Numbered from the stretch's first letter, positions 15,596-25,428 are shown. The stretch is 28,706 nucleotides of DNA from Gemmatimonadaceae bacterium (GCA_040902005.1 JBBDYA010000067.1:1-28706), one strand, 5' to 3'. The notes: generated from the sequence alone by a model not told the origin. Numbers and translations: made by a program.

Positions 15596-16840
15596 ATGCA
15601 GAACCGCAGGCGCGTAGCAATCACCGGCATCGGCGCGGTCACGCCAATCGGCATCACGGTGGACGGAATGTGGGACGGGCTGCGCCGGCAGCGCTCCGCG
15701 ATCCGCACCGTCACCCGCTTCGATCCGTCGGCGTATCGCAGCCAGAACGCCGCGGAAGTCGCGGCGTTCGAGCCCGTGGACTTCATGGAACGGAAGCGCG
15801 CGAAACGGCTGGATCGATTCGGGCACTTCGCCGTCGCGAGCGCCCGCCTGGCGATCGAGGACGCGGAACTGGATCTCGCCAAGGAGGACCGCGAGCGCAT
15901 TGGCGCGATGATGGGATCCGCCCTTGGCGGTGTGGGATACGCCGAGGAGCAGTTCGGCATCTTCCTGAGGGACGGCATCGAGCGCGTGGAGCCCCAACTG
16001 GCGCTGAACGTGTTCGTGGGGGCCGCGAGCTGCAACGTGGCCATCGAGTTCGGACTGCAGGGCCCGAACAGCACGAACGGCATGAGCTGCGCGTCCGGCA
16101 CCATCAGCGTGGGGGACGCGTTCCGCCTGATCCGGGACGATTACGCGGACGCCATGCTCTGCGGCGGCTCGGAGGCGCCGATCATGCCCCTGTGTTTCGG
16201 CGCGTTCACGATCATCCGCGCGATGTCCACCCGGAATGGCGATCCGGAGCGGGCCTCCCGCCCGTTCGACAAGGCACGCGACGGATTCGTGATGGGCGAG
16301 GGGGGCGCCGTGCTGGTGCTGGAGGAATACGAGCGGGCCCGGGCGCGCGGCGCCCGCATCTATGCGGAGGTCGTCGGCTACGGCAACTGCAACGACGCGC
16401 ACCACATGACGGCGCCGCGTCCCGACGCGTCGCAGGCCGCGCGCGCGATGCGCATGGCGCTCGCCGACGCGCACGTGCCGCCGACCGACGTGGCGTACGT
16501 CAACGCGCACGGCAGCTCCACGCCGTTGAACGATTCCACCGAGACCGCCGCCATCCATCAGGTGTTCGGCGAGCACGCCACGCGCCTGCAGGTCAGCAGC
16601 ACCAAGGGGTATTACGGCCACGCGCTCGGCGCGTCGGGCGCGTTCGAGATTGCCATCTCGGCGCTCGCGCTGCACCGTCAGTGGCTGCCGCCAACCCTCA
16701 ACCTGGATGAAGCCGGAGAGGGGTGCGATCTGGACTACATCCCCAATGCGGGTCGCGACGTGGGCGCGGAATACGCCGTCAGCAACTCATTCGGCTTTGG
16801 CGGCATCAATGCGGCGGTAGTGTTGAAGCGGCCCGACTGA
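15596..16840 (+). CDS. Beta-ketoacyl-ACP synthase, FabF / type II KS family
   Basis: RRVAITGIG; Cys in GMSCASG; SRPFDKARDGFVMGEG; NAHGSST; KGYYGHALGASG; SNSFGFGG. The Cys-His-His triad is intact. Confidence 0.92.
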   Translation: MQNRRRVAITGIGAVTPIGITVDGMWDGLRRQRSAIRTVTRFDPSAYRSQNAAEVAAFEPVDFMERKRAKRLDRFGHFAVASARLAIEDAELDLAKEDRERIGAMMGSALGGVGYAEEQFGIFLRDGIERVEPQLALNVFVGAASCNVAIEFGLQGPNSTNGMSCASGTISVGDAFRLIRDDYADAMLCGGSEAPIMPLCFGAFTIIRAMSTRNGDPERASRPFDKARDGFVMGEGGAVLVLEEYERARARGARIYAEVVGYGNCNDAHHMTAPRPDASQAARAMRMALADAHVPPTDVAYVNAHGSSTPLNDSTETAAIHQVFGEHATRLQVSSTKGYYGHALGASGAFEIAISALALHRQWLPPTLNLDEAGEGCDLDYIPNAGRDVGAEYAVSNSFGFGGINAAVVLKRPD

Positions 16841-16868
16841 CCCTCACCCCCCCCTCTCTTCTCACCAC

Positions 16869-17573
16869 ATGAAAGACTCCCTGCGCCACTTCGTCGCCGA
16901 GTTCATCGGCACATTCGCGCTGGTCTTCATCGGCGGTGCCACGATCATCGGAGTTGCGTCCACGAACACGGAGGCGGCGCTCGTCACTGTGGCGCTCGCG
17001 CACGGCATCATTCTCGCCGTGCTCGTCAGCGCGCTGATGCGCATCTCCGGCCACTTCAATCCCGCGGTCACCATCGGATTCATGGCGGCGCGACGCATCG
17101 AGCCCATGATGGCGGGCGTGTATATCGCCGCGCAGATCCTCGGCGCCATCTTCGCCGCGTACGCGCTCAAGTGGCTGCTGCCCGAAGCGATGGCCACCGC
17201 CACCAGGCTTGGCGCCCAGGCGGTCTCGCTGGATGTGTCGGCCGGGCAGGCCGTGGGACTGGAGGCAATCGCGACGTTCTTCCTGACGTTCGTCATCTTC
17301 GGCACGGCGGTCGATCCCAAGTCGCCCAGGATCGGGGGACTGGCCATCGGCGCGACGCTCACCGCCGGCATCCTCGCGATCGGACCGTTCACCGGCGGCT
17401 CGCTCAATCCGGCCCGGTCGCTGGGCCCGGCCGTCGCGAGCGGAGTGTTCGAGGGAATGTATGTGTACTTCATCGGACCCATCATCGGCTCGCTGGCCGC
17501 AGCGCTGTTGTACGACACCCTGTTCATCCGGCGTGAGCGCGAGCCGGTGGATCATGGTGCGGTGCGGCCGTAA
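16869..17573 (+). CDS. MIP-family aquaporin
   Basis: AEFIGTF, SGHFNPAVT and GGSLNPARS (two NPA motifs). Confidence 0.95.
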   Translation: MKDSLRHFVAEFIGTFALVFIGGATIIGVASTNTEAALVTVALAHGIILAVLVSALMRISGHFNPAVTIGFMAARRIEPMMAGVYIAAQILGAIFAAYALKWLLPEAMATATRLGAQAVSLDVSAGQAVGLEAIATFFLTFVIFGTAVDPKSPRIGGLAIGATLTAGILAIGPFTGGSLNPARSLGPAVASGVFEGMYVYFIGPIIGSLAAALLYDTLFIRREREPVDHGAVRP

Positions 17574-17603
17574 CCGGGACCGGCAACCAGACGTAGTGGC
17601 CCC

Positions 17604-18224
17604 ATGACACTCGACAAGCCCCAGCACGCCGGCACCCTGCGGTCACTCGACGAAGAGCGGCAGCGGTCGATCGACACGCTGTCGCGGCATTTCGCGAACG
17701 ATGCCCTGTCGATCGAGGAACTCGAGCGTCGCATCGAACGGGTGTATCGGGAGCAGACGGTGGCAGGCGTGCGCGAGCTCACGCGCGATCTTCCCGACGA
17801 CGCGCCGGTGCCGCCGCCCGGGCGCATCGCGCGAGCGCCCGACGCCTACGGTCCCACGGAGGGGCGCATCGTTTCCGTCATGACGCAGACGGCGCGGCGC
17901 GGGGCCTGGCAGCCGCCAAGCCATCTGGACGTGTGGGGCCTCATGTCGGAATTGACGCTGGACCTCACGCAAGCGCAGTTCCCGGCCGGCGTGACCGAGA
18001 TCCATCTCCATGCGCTGATGACGTCGGTGAAAATCATCGTTCCGCCCGGCATCCGGGTCGTTTCCGAGCCCACCGCCTTCATGGCGGAGGTGGCGGACGA
18101 CACCTTCGATCCGCCCGCCGTGGGTTCCGGCGCGCCGGTGCTTCGCATCTCCGGCTTCGTGATGATGGCGGAGCTCAAGATCACCGTGCGTACCCGCGAG
18201 CAGCTCGCGCTCGAGGACGGCTAG
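17604..18224 (+). CDS. DUF1707 (SHOCT-like) plus LiaF-like C-terminal domain protein
   Basis: ERQRSIDTLSRHFANDALSIEELERR...DLP, then LDLTQA...MTSVKIIVPPG. Confidence 0.75.
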   Translation: MTLDKPQHAGTLRSLDEERQRSIDTLSRHFANDALSIEELERRIERVYREQTVAGVRELTRDLPDDAPVPPPGRIARAPDAYGPTEGRIVSVMTQTARRGAWQPPSHLDVWGLMSELTLDLTQAQFPAGVTEIHLHALMTSVKIIVPPGIRVVSEPTAFMAEVADDTFDPPAVGSGAPVLRISGFVMMAELKITVRTREQLALEDG

Positions 18225-18661
18225 GGTCCGAACAGGCGGCCGGCGATGTTGGCGATCGTGACGACCACCGCGGGAATCAGCGTGAGCCCGACCGAGAACA
18301 CGAGGCCGTGGCGAAAGAGGGCCGGGCCAAGCCCGTACACCGGTCGCTTGAGCCACCGCTCGACCACGTTCTCCACGACCCATCCCGCGGTGTAAAGCGC
18401 GTTCGCGCCCAGCGCGTATCCGACGATCGCCTGCCAGGGAACGACGAACCATCCGCCGCCCATCGCCAACTCGAGGGCATTCACGTAGGCAAGCGTGCCC
18501 AGTCCGGTGACGCCGACGATCGCGTTGTACGCGACACGCCGGCTCTCCCACCACCGGACCACGCGCAGGGGTGATCGCAGGAGCGTCGGCTCGAACAGCA
18601 GCCGCGAGAGCGTCATCCCGCGAACGGTCGACACGGAATGGCCGGATTCCAGCGATGTCAT
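18221..18661 (-). CDS. Hypothetical 3-TM membrane protein
   Basis: WWESRRVAYNAIVG...ANALYTAGW. Start at ATG 18661 is supported by an upstream promoter. Its stop shares CTAG with the convergent gene. Confidence 0.75.
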   Translation of the reverse strand: MTSLESGHSVSTVRGMTLSRLLFEPTLLRSPLRVVRWWESRRVAYNAIVGVTGLGTLAYVNALELAMGGGWFVVPWQAIVGYALGANALYTAGWVVENVVERWLKRPVYGLGPALFRHGLVFSVGLTLIPAVVVTIANIAGRLFGP

Positions 18662-18667
18662 GTCCGA

Positions 18668-18696
18668 AGAATGCGCCGCTGGGGCGTGAGTGTCAA
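18668..18696 (-). promoter_or_regulatory. Sigma70-type promoter, probably giving a leaderless mRNA
   Basis: Minus strand TTGACA (18696-18691), 17 nt, CATTCT (18673-18668), 6 nt, ATG 18661. Confidence 0.6.
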
Positions 18697-18731
18697 GTAC
18701 TTTGCTCCGTAAAGCGAGGCGAGAGCAGGCG

Positions 18732-19412
18732 CTACCTCTGCGCGCGCTGGCGCCCCACCTGCTCGTAGCGCATCCACCCCGGATTCCGGATCTCGCCGCT
18801 CTCGATGATGCGCAGCCCCGGCACGTCCGCCCTGGCCGCGGCCACCAGCGTTGCGGCCACCGCGCGCGCGTGCACCGGCCGGTACCTGCCCGGGATCGCC
18901 CATGCCAGGCGGCTGACCAGCGCCTCGCCCAACCGGAACTCCGCCCGGGCGCCCAGCAGCAGCGACGGGCGGACGATGGTGATGCTGCGAAAACCCATCG
19001 GACGCAGCGCGTCCTCGAGCTCGCCCTTGACACGATTGTAGAAGATCCGCGAGCCCGCGTTGGCGTTGATCGCGCTCACCAGCAGGAAGTGCCGGGCACC
19101 CTGTGCCCTTGCCAGCGTCGCGGCGGCGAGCGGAATGCCGAAATCGATCTCTCGAAACCTGGTCTTCGATCCGTCCACGTTCCTGATCGTGGTGCCAAGG
19201 GCGCAGATCGCCTGGTCCACTCCCAGCAGGTCGGGGTGATCGCCAAGACGATCGAAGTCCACGATGTGCCCCTCGACTCGTGGCGCCATTGCTTCGGCGA
19301 ACTTGCGGCGCACCAGCACGACGATCCGCGTGAAGGCGGGATCGCGCACCAGGAGATCCAGGCAGTGCCCGCCAACGAGGCCGGTGGCGCCAAGCAGGGC
19401 AATCGATGACAT
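18732..19412 (-). CDS. NAD(P)-binding atypical SDR (YraR / TIP30-like)
   Basis: [42 protein letters not shown]. Confidence 0.88.
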   Translation of the reverse strand: MSSIALLGATGLVGGHCLDLLVRDPAFTRIVVLVRRKFAEAMAPRVEGHIVDFDRLGDHPDLLGVDQAICALGTTIRNVDGSKTRFREIDFGIPLAAATLARAQGARHFLLVSAINANAGSRIFYNRVKGELEDALRPMGFRSITIVRPSLLLGARAEFRLGEALVSRLAWAIPGRYRPVHARAVAATLVAAARADVPGLRIIESGEIRNPGWMRYEQVGRQRAQR

Positions 19413-19445
19413 GCCATGAAGTCTATGCTGCCGTGGTCTCCCCGC

Positions 19446-19474
19446 TTGCTCCCCGGTCACCGCGTGGCCAGAAT
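19446..19474 (+). promoter_or_regulatory. Putative promoter of acs (leaderless type)
   Basis: TTGCTC (19446-19451), 17 nt, CAGAAT (19469-19474), 6 nt, ATG 19481; no Shine-Dalgarno. Confidence 0.45.
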
Positions 19475-19480
19475 CCGCCC

Positions 19481-21445
19481 ATGAACGAAATCGACGCCCT
19501 GCTCACCGAAAACCGGAAATTTCCGCCGAGCGCGGAGTTCCGTCGCGCCGCCGTCATCTCCGACGATGCGATCTACCAGCGCGCGACGCGCGATTCCGAC
19601 GCCTTCTGGGCAGAGCAGGCGAAGACCCTGCACTGGTTCAAGCCCTGGAAGACGATCTGCGACTGGAAGCCGCCGCATTCGAAATGGTTCGTGGGCGGCG
19701 AGATCAACGTCTCGTACAACTGCGTGGACCGGCACATCGATGGTCCGCTGCGGAACAAAGCCGCGCTGGTCTGGGAGGGGGAACCCGGCGACCGGCGCAC
19801 GCTCACCTACTGGGACCTCTACGTGGAGGTGCGCAAGTTCGCCAACGTGCTGCGAACGCTCGGCGTGAAGCGCGGCGACCGCGTCGCCATCTACCTCCCC
19901 ATGATCCCCGAGGCGGCGGTCGCGATGCTCGCCTGCACGCGCATCGGCGCCATTCATTCCGTCGTGTTCGGTGGTTTCTCCCCGGACTCCCTGCGCGACC
20001 GCATCAACGATTCCGAGTGCAAGCTGCTGATCACCGCGGACGGCGGATACCGGCGCGGCACGGTGCTGCCCCTCAAGCGGAACGCTGACAAGGCGGTCAG
20101 CGAATGCCCGTCCATCAGGCACGTCGTCGTCGTGCAACGCCGCCCCGGAGCAGGAAGCGACGAGGCGTTCGCGGACATGCAGGAGGGACGTGACCACTGG
20201 TGGCACCGCCTCATGCGCGACGCGAAGCTGGAATGCGAGCCCGAACATATGGATGCGGAAGACGTGCTGTACATCCTCTACACGTCGGGCACCACGGGAA
20301 AGCCCAAGGGCATCGTGCACACCACTGGCGGGTATCTCGTGGGCGTCACCTACACTACGAAGATCGTCTTCGACCTCCGCGACGACGACGTCTTCTGGTG
20401 CACGGCGGACATCGGTTGGGTCACCGGCCACTCGTACGTGGTGTATGGCCCGCTGGCCGCAGGCGCCACCGTGGTGATGTACGAGGGGGCGCCCGACTGG
20501 CCGGAGAAGAACCGCTTCTGGGACATCTGCGAGCGACTCGGCGTCACGATCCTCTACACCGCGCCCACAGCGATCCGCGCTTTCATGAAATGGGGCGAGG
20601 CGCACCCGGCAAGGCACGACCTGTCGCGACTGCGGCTGCTGGGCTCCGTGGGCGAGCCGATCAATCCTGAGGCATGGATGTGGTATCGCAAACACATCGG
20701 TGGCGAGCGCTGTCCCATCGTGGACACGTGGTGGCAGACGGAAACCGGCGCCATCGTCATCTCGCCACTCCCCGGCGTGACCGCCACGAAACCCGGCAGC
20801 GCCACGACCCCGCTCCCCGGGTACTCGGCCCAGCTGCTCGACGCCAGCGGAAAGGACATCACCGTGGGCGGCGGACTCCTGGCGCTCACGAAGCCCTGGC
20901 CCTCCATGCTGCGCACCATCTGGGGCGACGACGACCGGTACGTGCAGACCTACTTCACGAAATGGGAGGGGCGCAAAGACCTCTATTTTCCCGGTGACGG
21001 CGCCAAGCGCGACGACGACGGCTACTACTGGATCCTCGGTCGTGTGGACGACGTGCTCAACGTGGCCGGCCATCGCATCGGCACGATGGAAGTGGAGTCG
21101 GCGCTGGTGGAGCATCCCGCCGTGGCCGAGGCCGCCGTCGTCGGTAAGACCCACGAGATGAAGGGACAGGCCATCGCGGCGTTCGTCACCCTGCGCGAGG
21201 GACACACGGCCAGCCCCTCACTGCGGGACGAGCTGCGCGAGTTTGTTGCCGAGAAGATCGGCGCGATCGCCCGCCCCGATGATGTGCTGTTCTCCGCCGA
21301 CCTGCCCAAGACCCGGTCCGGGAAGATCATGCGCCGCCTGCTGCGCGACATCGCGGAAGGGCGTGCGCTGGGCGATACGACGACGCTCGCGGACCCGAAT
21401 GTGGTGGCGAAGCTGAAGGACGAGTACGAGGCGACAGAGTCCTAG
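19481..21445 (+). CDS. acs: Acetyl-CoA synthetase (AMP-forming)
   Basis: [58 protein letters not shown]. Confidence 0.97.
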   Translation: MNEIDALLTENRKFPPSAEFRRAAVISDDAIYQRATRDSDAFWAEQAKTLHWFKPWKTICDWKPPHSKWFVGGEINVSYNCVDRHIDGPLRNKAALVWEGEPGDRRTLTYWDLYVEVRKFANVLRTLGVKRGDRVAIYLPMIPEAAVAMLACTRIGAIHSVVFGGFSPDSLRDRINDSECKLLITADGGYRRGTVLPLKRNADKAVSECPSIRHVVVVQRRPGAGSDEAFADMQEGRDHWWHRLMRDAKLECEPEHMDAEDVLYILYTSGTTGKPKGIVHTTGGYLVGVTYTTKIVFDLRDDDVFWCTADIGWVTGHSYVVYGPLAAGATVVMYEGAPDWPEKNRFWDICERLGVTILYTAPTAIRAFMKWGEAHPARHDLSRLRLLGSVGEPINPEAWMWYRKHIGGERCPIVDTWWQTETGAIVISPLPGVTATKPGSATTPLPGYSAQLLDASGKDITVGGGLLALTKPWPSMLRTIWGDDDRYVQTYFTKWEGRKDLYFPGDGAKRDDDGYYWILGRVDDVLNVAGHRIGTMEVESALVEHPAVAEAAVVGKTHEMKGQAIAAFVTLREGHTASPSLRDELREFVAEKIGAIARPDDVLFSADLPKTRSGKIMRRLLRDIAEGRALGDTTTLADPNVVAKLKDEYEATES

Positions 21446-21513
21446 GGCCCCCATGCCATACCCGGGGCCGGCAACAAGACTGGGTGGTATGCGACGTGCC
21501 GTACTGAGGCTCC

Positions 21514-21891
21514 ATGTCGATCAGAGCCTGGTTCAGACGCCTCTTTCCCGAAGCCATCTTCGGGCGCAAGATGGACCCCGCCGCCGAGCGTCGGATGCGC
21601 CTCGGCCTCGCCCGCGCTGAAGAAGCGGTGGTGCGTACCCACGTGGACAATGCGCTGATGTTCGTGGATGTGCTCGCCGAGGACCTGACGTTCGACCGGG
21701 CGATCGACGCGTACGTGCGCGAAATGGCCATTCCGGAGCCCCTCGCCAGTACTGTCGCGACCCGGACGCTCGTGGTGCTCGGCCAGGAGCTGGTGCCGTA
21801 CCGCAAGCGTGCCCAGGCCGCCGAAGAGGAAAGGCCGAAGCTCCGGCTCAATGAGGCGTCGGACGGCCGGCAGCGGATCAAGCGCGCCTGA
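21514..21891 (+). CDS. Hypothetical helical protein
   Basis: 125-aa ORF with protein-like composition filling the gap after acs; no recognised family. Confidence 0.7.
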   Translation: MSIRAWFRRLFPEAIFGRKMDPAAERRMRLGLARAEEAVVRTHVDNALMFVDVLAEDLTFDRAIDAYVREMAIPEPLASTVATRTLVVLGQELVPYRKRAQAAEEERPKLRLNEASDGRQRIKRA

Positions 21892-21991
21892 AATACTGAA
21901 CGTTCCGTCGGCCGCGCGGTCTGACCAATTCGCGCGGCCCGGCATACCTTGGGGCTCCTTCCCGACCACGCCCCCCCCGAGGCTCACCCCC

Positions 21992-22918
21992 ATGAAATGG
22001 ACGCACGACCTGAGCGCATTCAGGCGCGGAGCACGACTGCTGCTCATCCTCTCCGCCGTGGCCGCCGGCGTCGTTGCAACCCCCACTCCGGCTCGCGCAC
22101 AGGTCGTGCTGCCCGAAGCCGGTGACAGTACGCTCTGGGAATTCTCGCTGGCGGATGGCGCCGTGGTCGTTGGGCGCGTGGTCGCTGCGACCGCGGACCG
22201 AATCACCATCGAGACAGCGGCGGGCGCGCGCGTGGATGTCGCCAGGGCGCAGGTTCGTGGCGTGCGCCGGGCCCACGGCCAGATCAGGGACGGCGCCTAC
22301 TGGTTCGAGGACCCCAACCACACGCGGCTCCTTCTCATTTCGCCAACCGGGCGCAGCCTGAGGCAGGGTGAGGGGTACGTCTCGGCGTTCTGGATTTTCC
22401 TTCCGTTCGTCGCATACGGGGTGACCGACAACTTCACCATCGCCGGTGGCACACCGATCCTTCCCTATATCTTCGGAAGGGTGGTCTATCTGGCGCCCAA
22501 GCTCCGCGTTCTGAGCCAGCCGGGGCTCGACGTTTCCGTGGGCGCGCTCTCCTTCTTCCTCACCGAGGAGGCCGACGAGGGAACCGCCGGCATCGCGTAC
22601 GGCGTGGGCACGTTCGGCAACACCAATCGCTCGCTCACGGTGGGCGCCGGTTGGGCCTACGCCTTCGGAGGCGGAAGCAGCTGGGCCGACAACCGGCCGG
22701 CAGTGCTGTTCGGCGGCGACACGCGCATCGCGCGCAGCGTGAAGCTGGTGACCGAGAACTTCTTCATCCCCGGAGAGAGCGGGACGCTGATGTCGGGCGG
22801 AATTCGCTTTTTCGGTGAGCGCCTGGCCGTCGACTTCGGAATCCTTGGCCTGGTCGGTGACGGCAGGTTCGACTGGTTCCCCGCCGGGAACTTCGTCTAC
22901 AACTTCGGTGGCCGGTAG
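21992..22918 (+). CDS. Hypothetical secreted, probable outer-membrane beta-strand protein
   Basis: Signal peptide ending TPARA|Q, Gly/aromatic-rich amphipathic strands, C-terminal FVYNF. Confidence 0.7.
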   Translation: MKWTHDLSAFRRGARLLLILSAVAAGVVATPTPARAQVVLPEAGDSTLWEFSLADGAVVVGRVVAATADRITIETAAGARVDVARAQVRGVRRAHGQIRDGAYWFEDPNHTRLLLISPTGRSLRQGEGYVSAFWIFLPFVAYGVTDNFTIAGGTPILPYIFGRVVYLAPKLRVLSQPGLDVSVGALSFFLTEEADEGTAGIAYGVGTFGNTNRSLTVGAGWAYAFGGGSSWADNRPAVLFGGDTRIARSVKLVTENFFIPGESGTLMSGGIRFFGERLAVDFGILGLVGDGRFDWFPAGNFVYNFGGR

Positions 22919-23343
22919 TCGGCGGGCGCGGTCGTCTTCCAGTCCCGGAACGCGAGCGCGAACAGCACCGCGGCGAGCACTGCGGACACCACGCACCACC
23001 GGCAGATTGCGTGGATGACGAACAGCTCGAGGTAGGTGAGCCACGCCGAGAAGAGCACGCCCCAGCCGGTGAGCAGCAGCAGCGCCAGTGACAGTCCGCG
23101 CGAGTCGCTCCAGCGATCCTGAAGCATCGCGAGCGCGAGCGCGAGCACCAGGGCGTAGAATCCCACTCCCCACACCGCAACCGGGAAACCGAAGAGCATT
23201 GCCCAGCGGCTGAACTGCACCGTCTCGCAGCCACCGGCGCCACAAGCCAGCGTGCCGATGATCCCGGCCTTGTACAGCGCGAGGTACAATGCCACGAAGA
23301 AGCCGGCGAGCGCGACGAGCGCCGTCAGCATGCGGCGCGTCAC
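22897..23343 (-). CDS. Vitamin K epoxide reductase (VKOR) family disulfide-bond formation protein
   Basis: LACGAGGCETVQFSRWAMLFGFPVA and YLELFVIHAICRWC (CxxC). Confidence 0.92.
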   Translation of the reverse strand: MTRRMLTALVALAGFFVALYLALYKAGIIGTLACGAGGCETVQFSRWAMLFGFPVAVWGVGFYALVLALALAMLQDRWSDSRGLSLALLLLTGWGVLFSAWLTYLELFVIHAICRWCVVSAVLAAVLFALAFRDWKTTAPADYRPPKL

Positions 23344-24086
23344 GGCCTGGGTATCTCGCCTGGCGGGTCCAGCCGCGGGGTGATTGGCCTGACTGGCGCC
23401 GCGCGCGCCGCAGTCGCCGCTTCGTCCACGTACCGCTTCAACTCGTCATACGAGACCACGCCGTTCACCTGCCGGGACCCAATGATGAAGGTGGGGGTAG
23501 AGGGGATGCCGCGCGTGACGGCCTCGTTGTAGTTCGCCTGGATCTGCGCGGCGAACTTCTGCGTATCCATGCAGGTGCCGTATTGGCTCATGTCCAGCGC
23601 CGCCTGCCGCGCCAGCGCCTCCATGAACGCCGCCGGCCGACGGGTGACCTGCGTTGCCCAGCGATCCTGATTCTGGAAGATGAGGTCGTGCATCTCCCAG
23701 AACTTGCCCTGATCTCCGGCACACCACGCCGCCATGTGCGCCGTGCGCGTGTTCGGATGGATGTCGAGCGGAAAATCCATGAACCGGAAGCGGATGAGTC
23801 CTGTGTTGACCATGCGGGCGCGCACGTCCGGTTCGGTAAGGTTCGCGAAGTTGCCGCAGGCGGGACACTCGAAGTCCGCGAACTCCACGACCTCCACGAG
23901 CGCGCTGTCGCCGCCGATCACGTGCCCCTGGTTCGCGATGGGGGTGATCGACGGATCGACTTCCGTGACCCGGCCGGAACGCGAGGCCACATAGGACAGC
24001 GCGGAAATGCCGGTGATCGCGACTGCGGCCAGGATCACGTAGAAATATCGCTTGTCACCTCCGCCGTTCTTTCCGCCGGACTTCAC
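23340..24086 (-). CDS. DsbA/BdbD-family thioredoxin-domain protein
   Basis: N-terminal TM, EFADFECPAC, DFPL..H, GKFWEMHDLIF, STPTF (cis-Pro). GTG start near 24086 overlaps the upstream stop; start uncertain. Confidence 0.88.
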   Translation of the reverse strand: MKSGGKNGGGDKRYFYVILAAVAITGISALSYVASRSGRVTEVDPSITPIANQGHVIGGDSALVEVVEFADFECPACGNFANLTEPDVRARMVNTGLIRFRFMDFPLDIHPNTRTAHMAAWCAGDQGKFWEMHDLIFQNQDRWATQVTRRPAAFMEALARQAALDMSQYGTCMDTQKFAAQIQANYNEAVTRGIPSTPTFIIGSRQVNGVVSYDELKRYVDEAATAARAAPVRPITPRLDPPGEIPRP

Positions 24087-24388
24087 CACTCCTTTTTTTC
24101 GTCCTCGTCCGGCGTCCACTCGTTCTTTTCCCATGTGCTGTCCTGTTCGCTCGTGGCTTCGGAAATGATGCGTCGGCTGTCCGCGATCTCGGGGGTGTCG
24201 TATGTTGCGCGCACCTCGTAGTGAAACAGCTCGCTGCGCACGTCACCGATCAGCTTCATGAGCTCGCCGGCCTGGGCAAGCAGCCGCCCGTCGCGATCGA
24301 GCTCCTGAATGCGGTCGGCAAGCGCTCTCAGCAGCGCCTCGAGGTTGCGCGCCCGTCCTTCGTCGTATGTCTGCTCCGGCTGCGACAT
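24083..24388 (-). CDS. Hypothetical small protein with an acidic C-terminus
   Basis: 101-aa ORF, coupled to the dsbA-like gene. Confidence 0.7.
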   Translation of the reverse strand: MSQPEQTYDEGRARNLEALLRALADRIQELDRDGRLLAQAGELMKLIGDVRSELFHYEVRATYDTPEIADSRRIISEATSEQDSTWEKNEWTPDEDEKKEW

Positions 24389-24513
24389 GGAGGGAACTGC
24401 CTCTGGATAATGACCTGCGGGCGTCGTCAAAACCTAGCGGTATCGAGGTTGCGCAAGCAATGCGCCCGGAACCGTAGTCAGACTCAACGGGGGAACTTCC
24501 AATCGACGCCGAC

Positions 24514-25353
24514 ATGCTGCGCGTGCCCGTAGGCCCGGGCTCGCTTCACGTAGACCGCTACGGGCTTGGTGGCCAGGCGGTGCTGCTGGTCCACGGGTTT
24601 GGCACCGACAGTTTCGTGTGGCGAAATATCGGGCCGGCCATCGCGCTCGCCAACTTCACCGCGTTTGCTGTGGATATGCTCGGGCACGGCGAATCGGATC
24701 GCCCGTACGATGGCGATTACGGCATCGCGGCCCAGGCGGAGTACCTCGACCGGGCCCTTACCGCGCTCCGGGTCGCGCGCGCCATCGTGGTCGGTCTGGA
24801 CCTCGGTGCCGCGGTCGCGCTGCGATTCGCCGCCGCGCAACCGGAGCGCGTGGAGAAGCTGATCCTGGTGAACCCGATTTCGTTCGACGATGTCCCAGGA
24901 GATGACCTGCGGTCACTCCAGAAGAGCACGGCGCGCTACGCCTTCCGCCTATCGCGCGGCGTGATGGGCGCGGCGCCGCTCATGCGCGACCTGCTGCGCA
25001 AAAGCGTAGGCGACCCGGTGAACATGCCCGAGCCCCTCGTCGCGCGATACACGGCGCCGTACGTGGGACCGGACGGCATTGACCACCTGCTCCGCATGTC
25101 GCGGGCGGTGGACAAGGACGACCTGGACGAGATCAACCTCCGCGCCCTGCCGCAACCCACCATGGTGGTCTGGGGTGATCGCGACCCGTGGACAGCATCT
25201 GACGCCGGAGACCGGCTGGCGGACACGATCGGAGGCAGCAAGCTCGTTCACCTCCCTGCGGCCGGCCGTCTGGTCCCGGAAGACGTCCCTGAGACGCTTA
25301 GCAACCTGATACTCGACTTCATCGGGGCTCGCAGCAACGGAGGCACGATTTGA
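24514..25353 (+). CDS. Alpha/beta-fold hydrolase (Asp-nucleophile type; catalytic His apparently replaced by Arg)
   Basis: LVHGFG, DMLGHGES, VGLDLG, PERVEKLIL, WGDRDPW, AGRLVPED. Confidence 0.85.
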   Translation: MLRVPVGPGSLHVDRYGLGGQAVLLVHGFGTDSFVWRNIGPAIALANFTAFAVDMLGHGESDRPYDGDYGIAAQAEYLDRALTALRVARAIVVGLDLGAAVALRFAAAQPERVEKLILVNPISFDDVPGDDLRSLQKSTARYAFRLSRGVMGAAPLMRDLLRKSVGDPVNMPEPLVARYTAPYVGPDGIDHLLRMSRAVDKDDLDEINLRALPQPTMVVWGDRDPWTASDAGDRLADTIGGSKLVHLPAAGRLVPEDVPETLSNLILDFIGARSNGGTI

Positions 25354-25428
25354 GCGAATAGCAGGGGGGAAACTGTTGGTGACGTTGACCAATGCGTTAC
25401 ATTTGTTTGTCTTTCTCCCCTACCAGGA

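Noticed and set aside
15596..16840. Canonical type II PKS (KS-CLF-ACP)
   Set aside because: Only one KS, with no CLF or ACP in the window.
24449..24456. TTGCGCAA palindrome between divergent genes
   Set aside because: Only 8 bp and single; not enough to call an operator.
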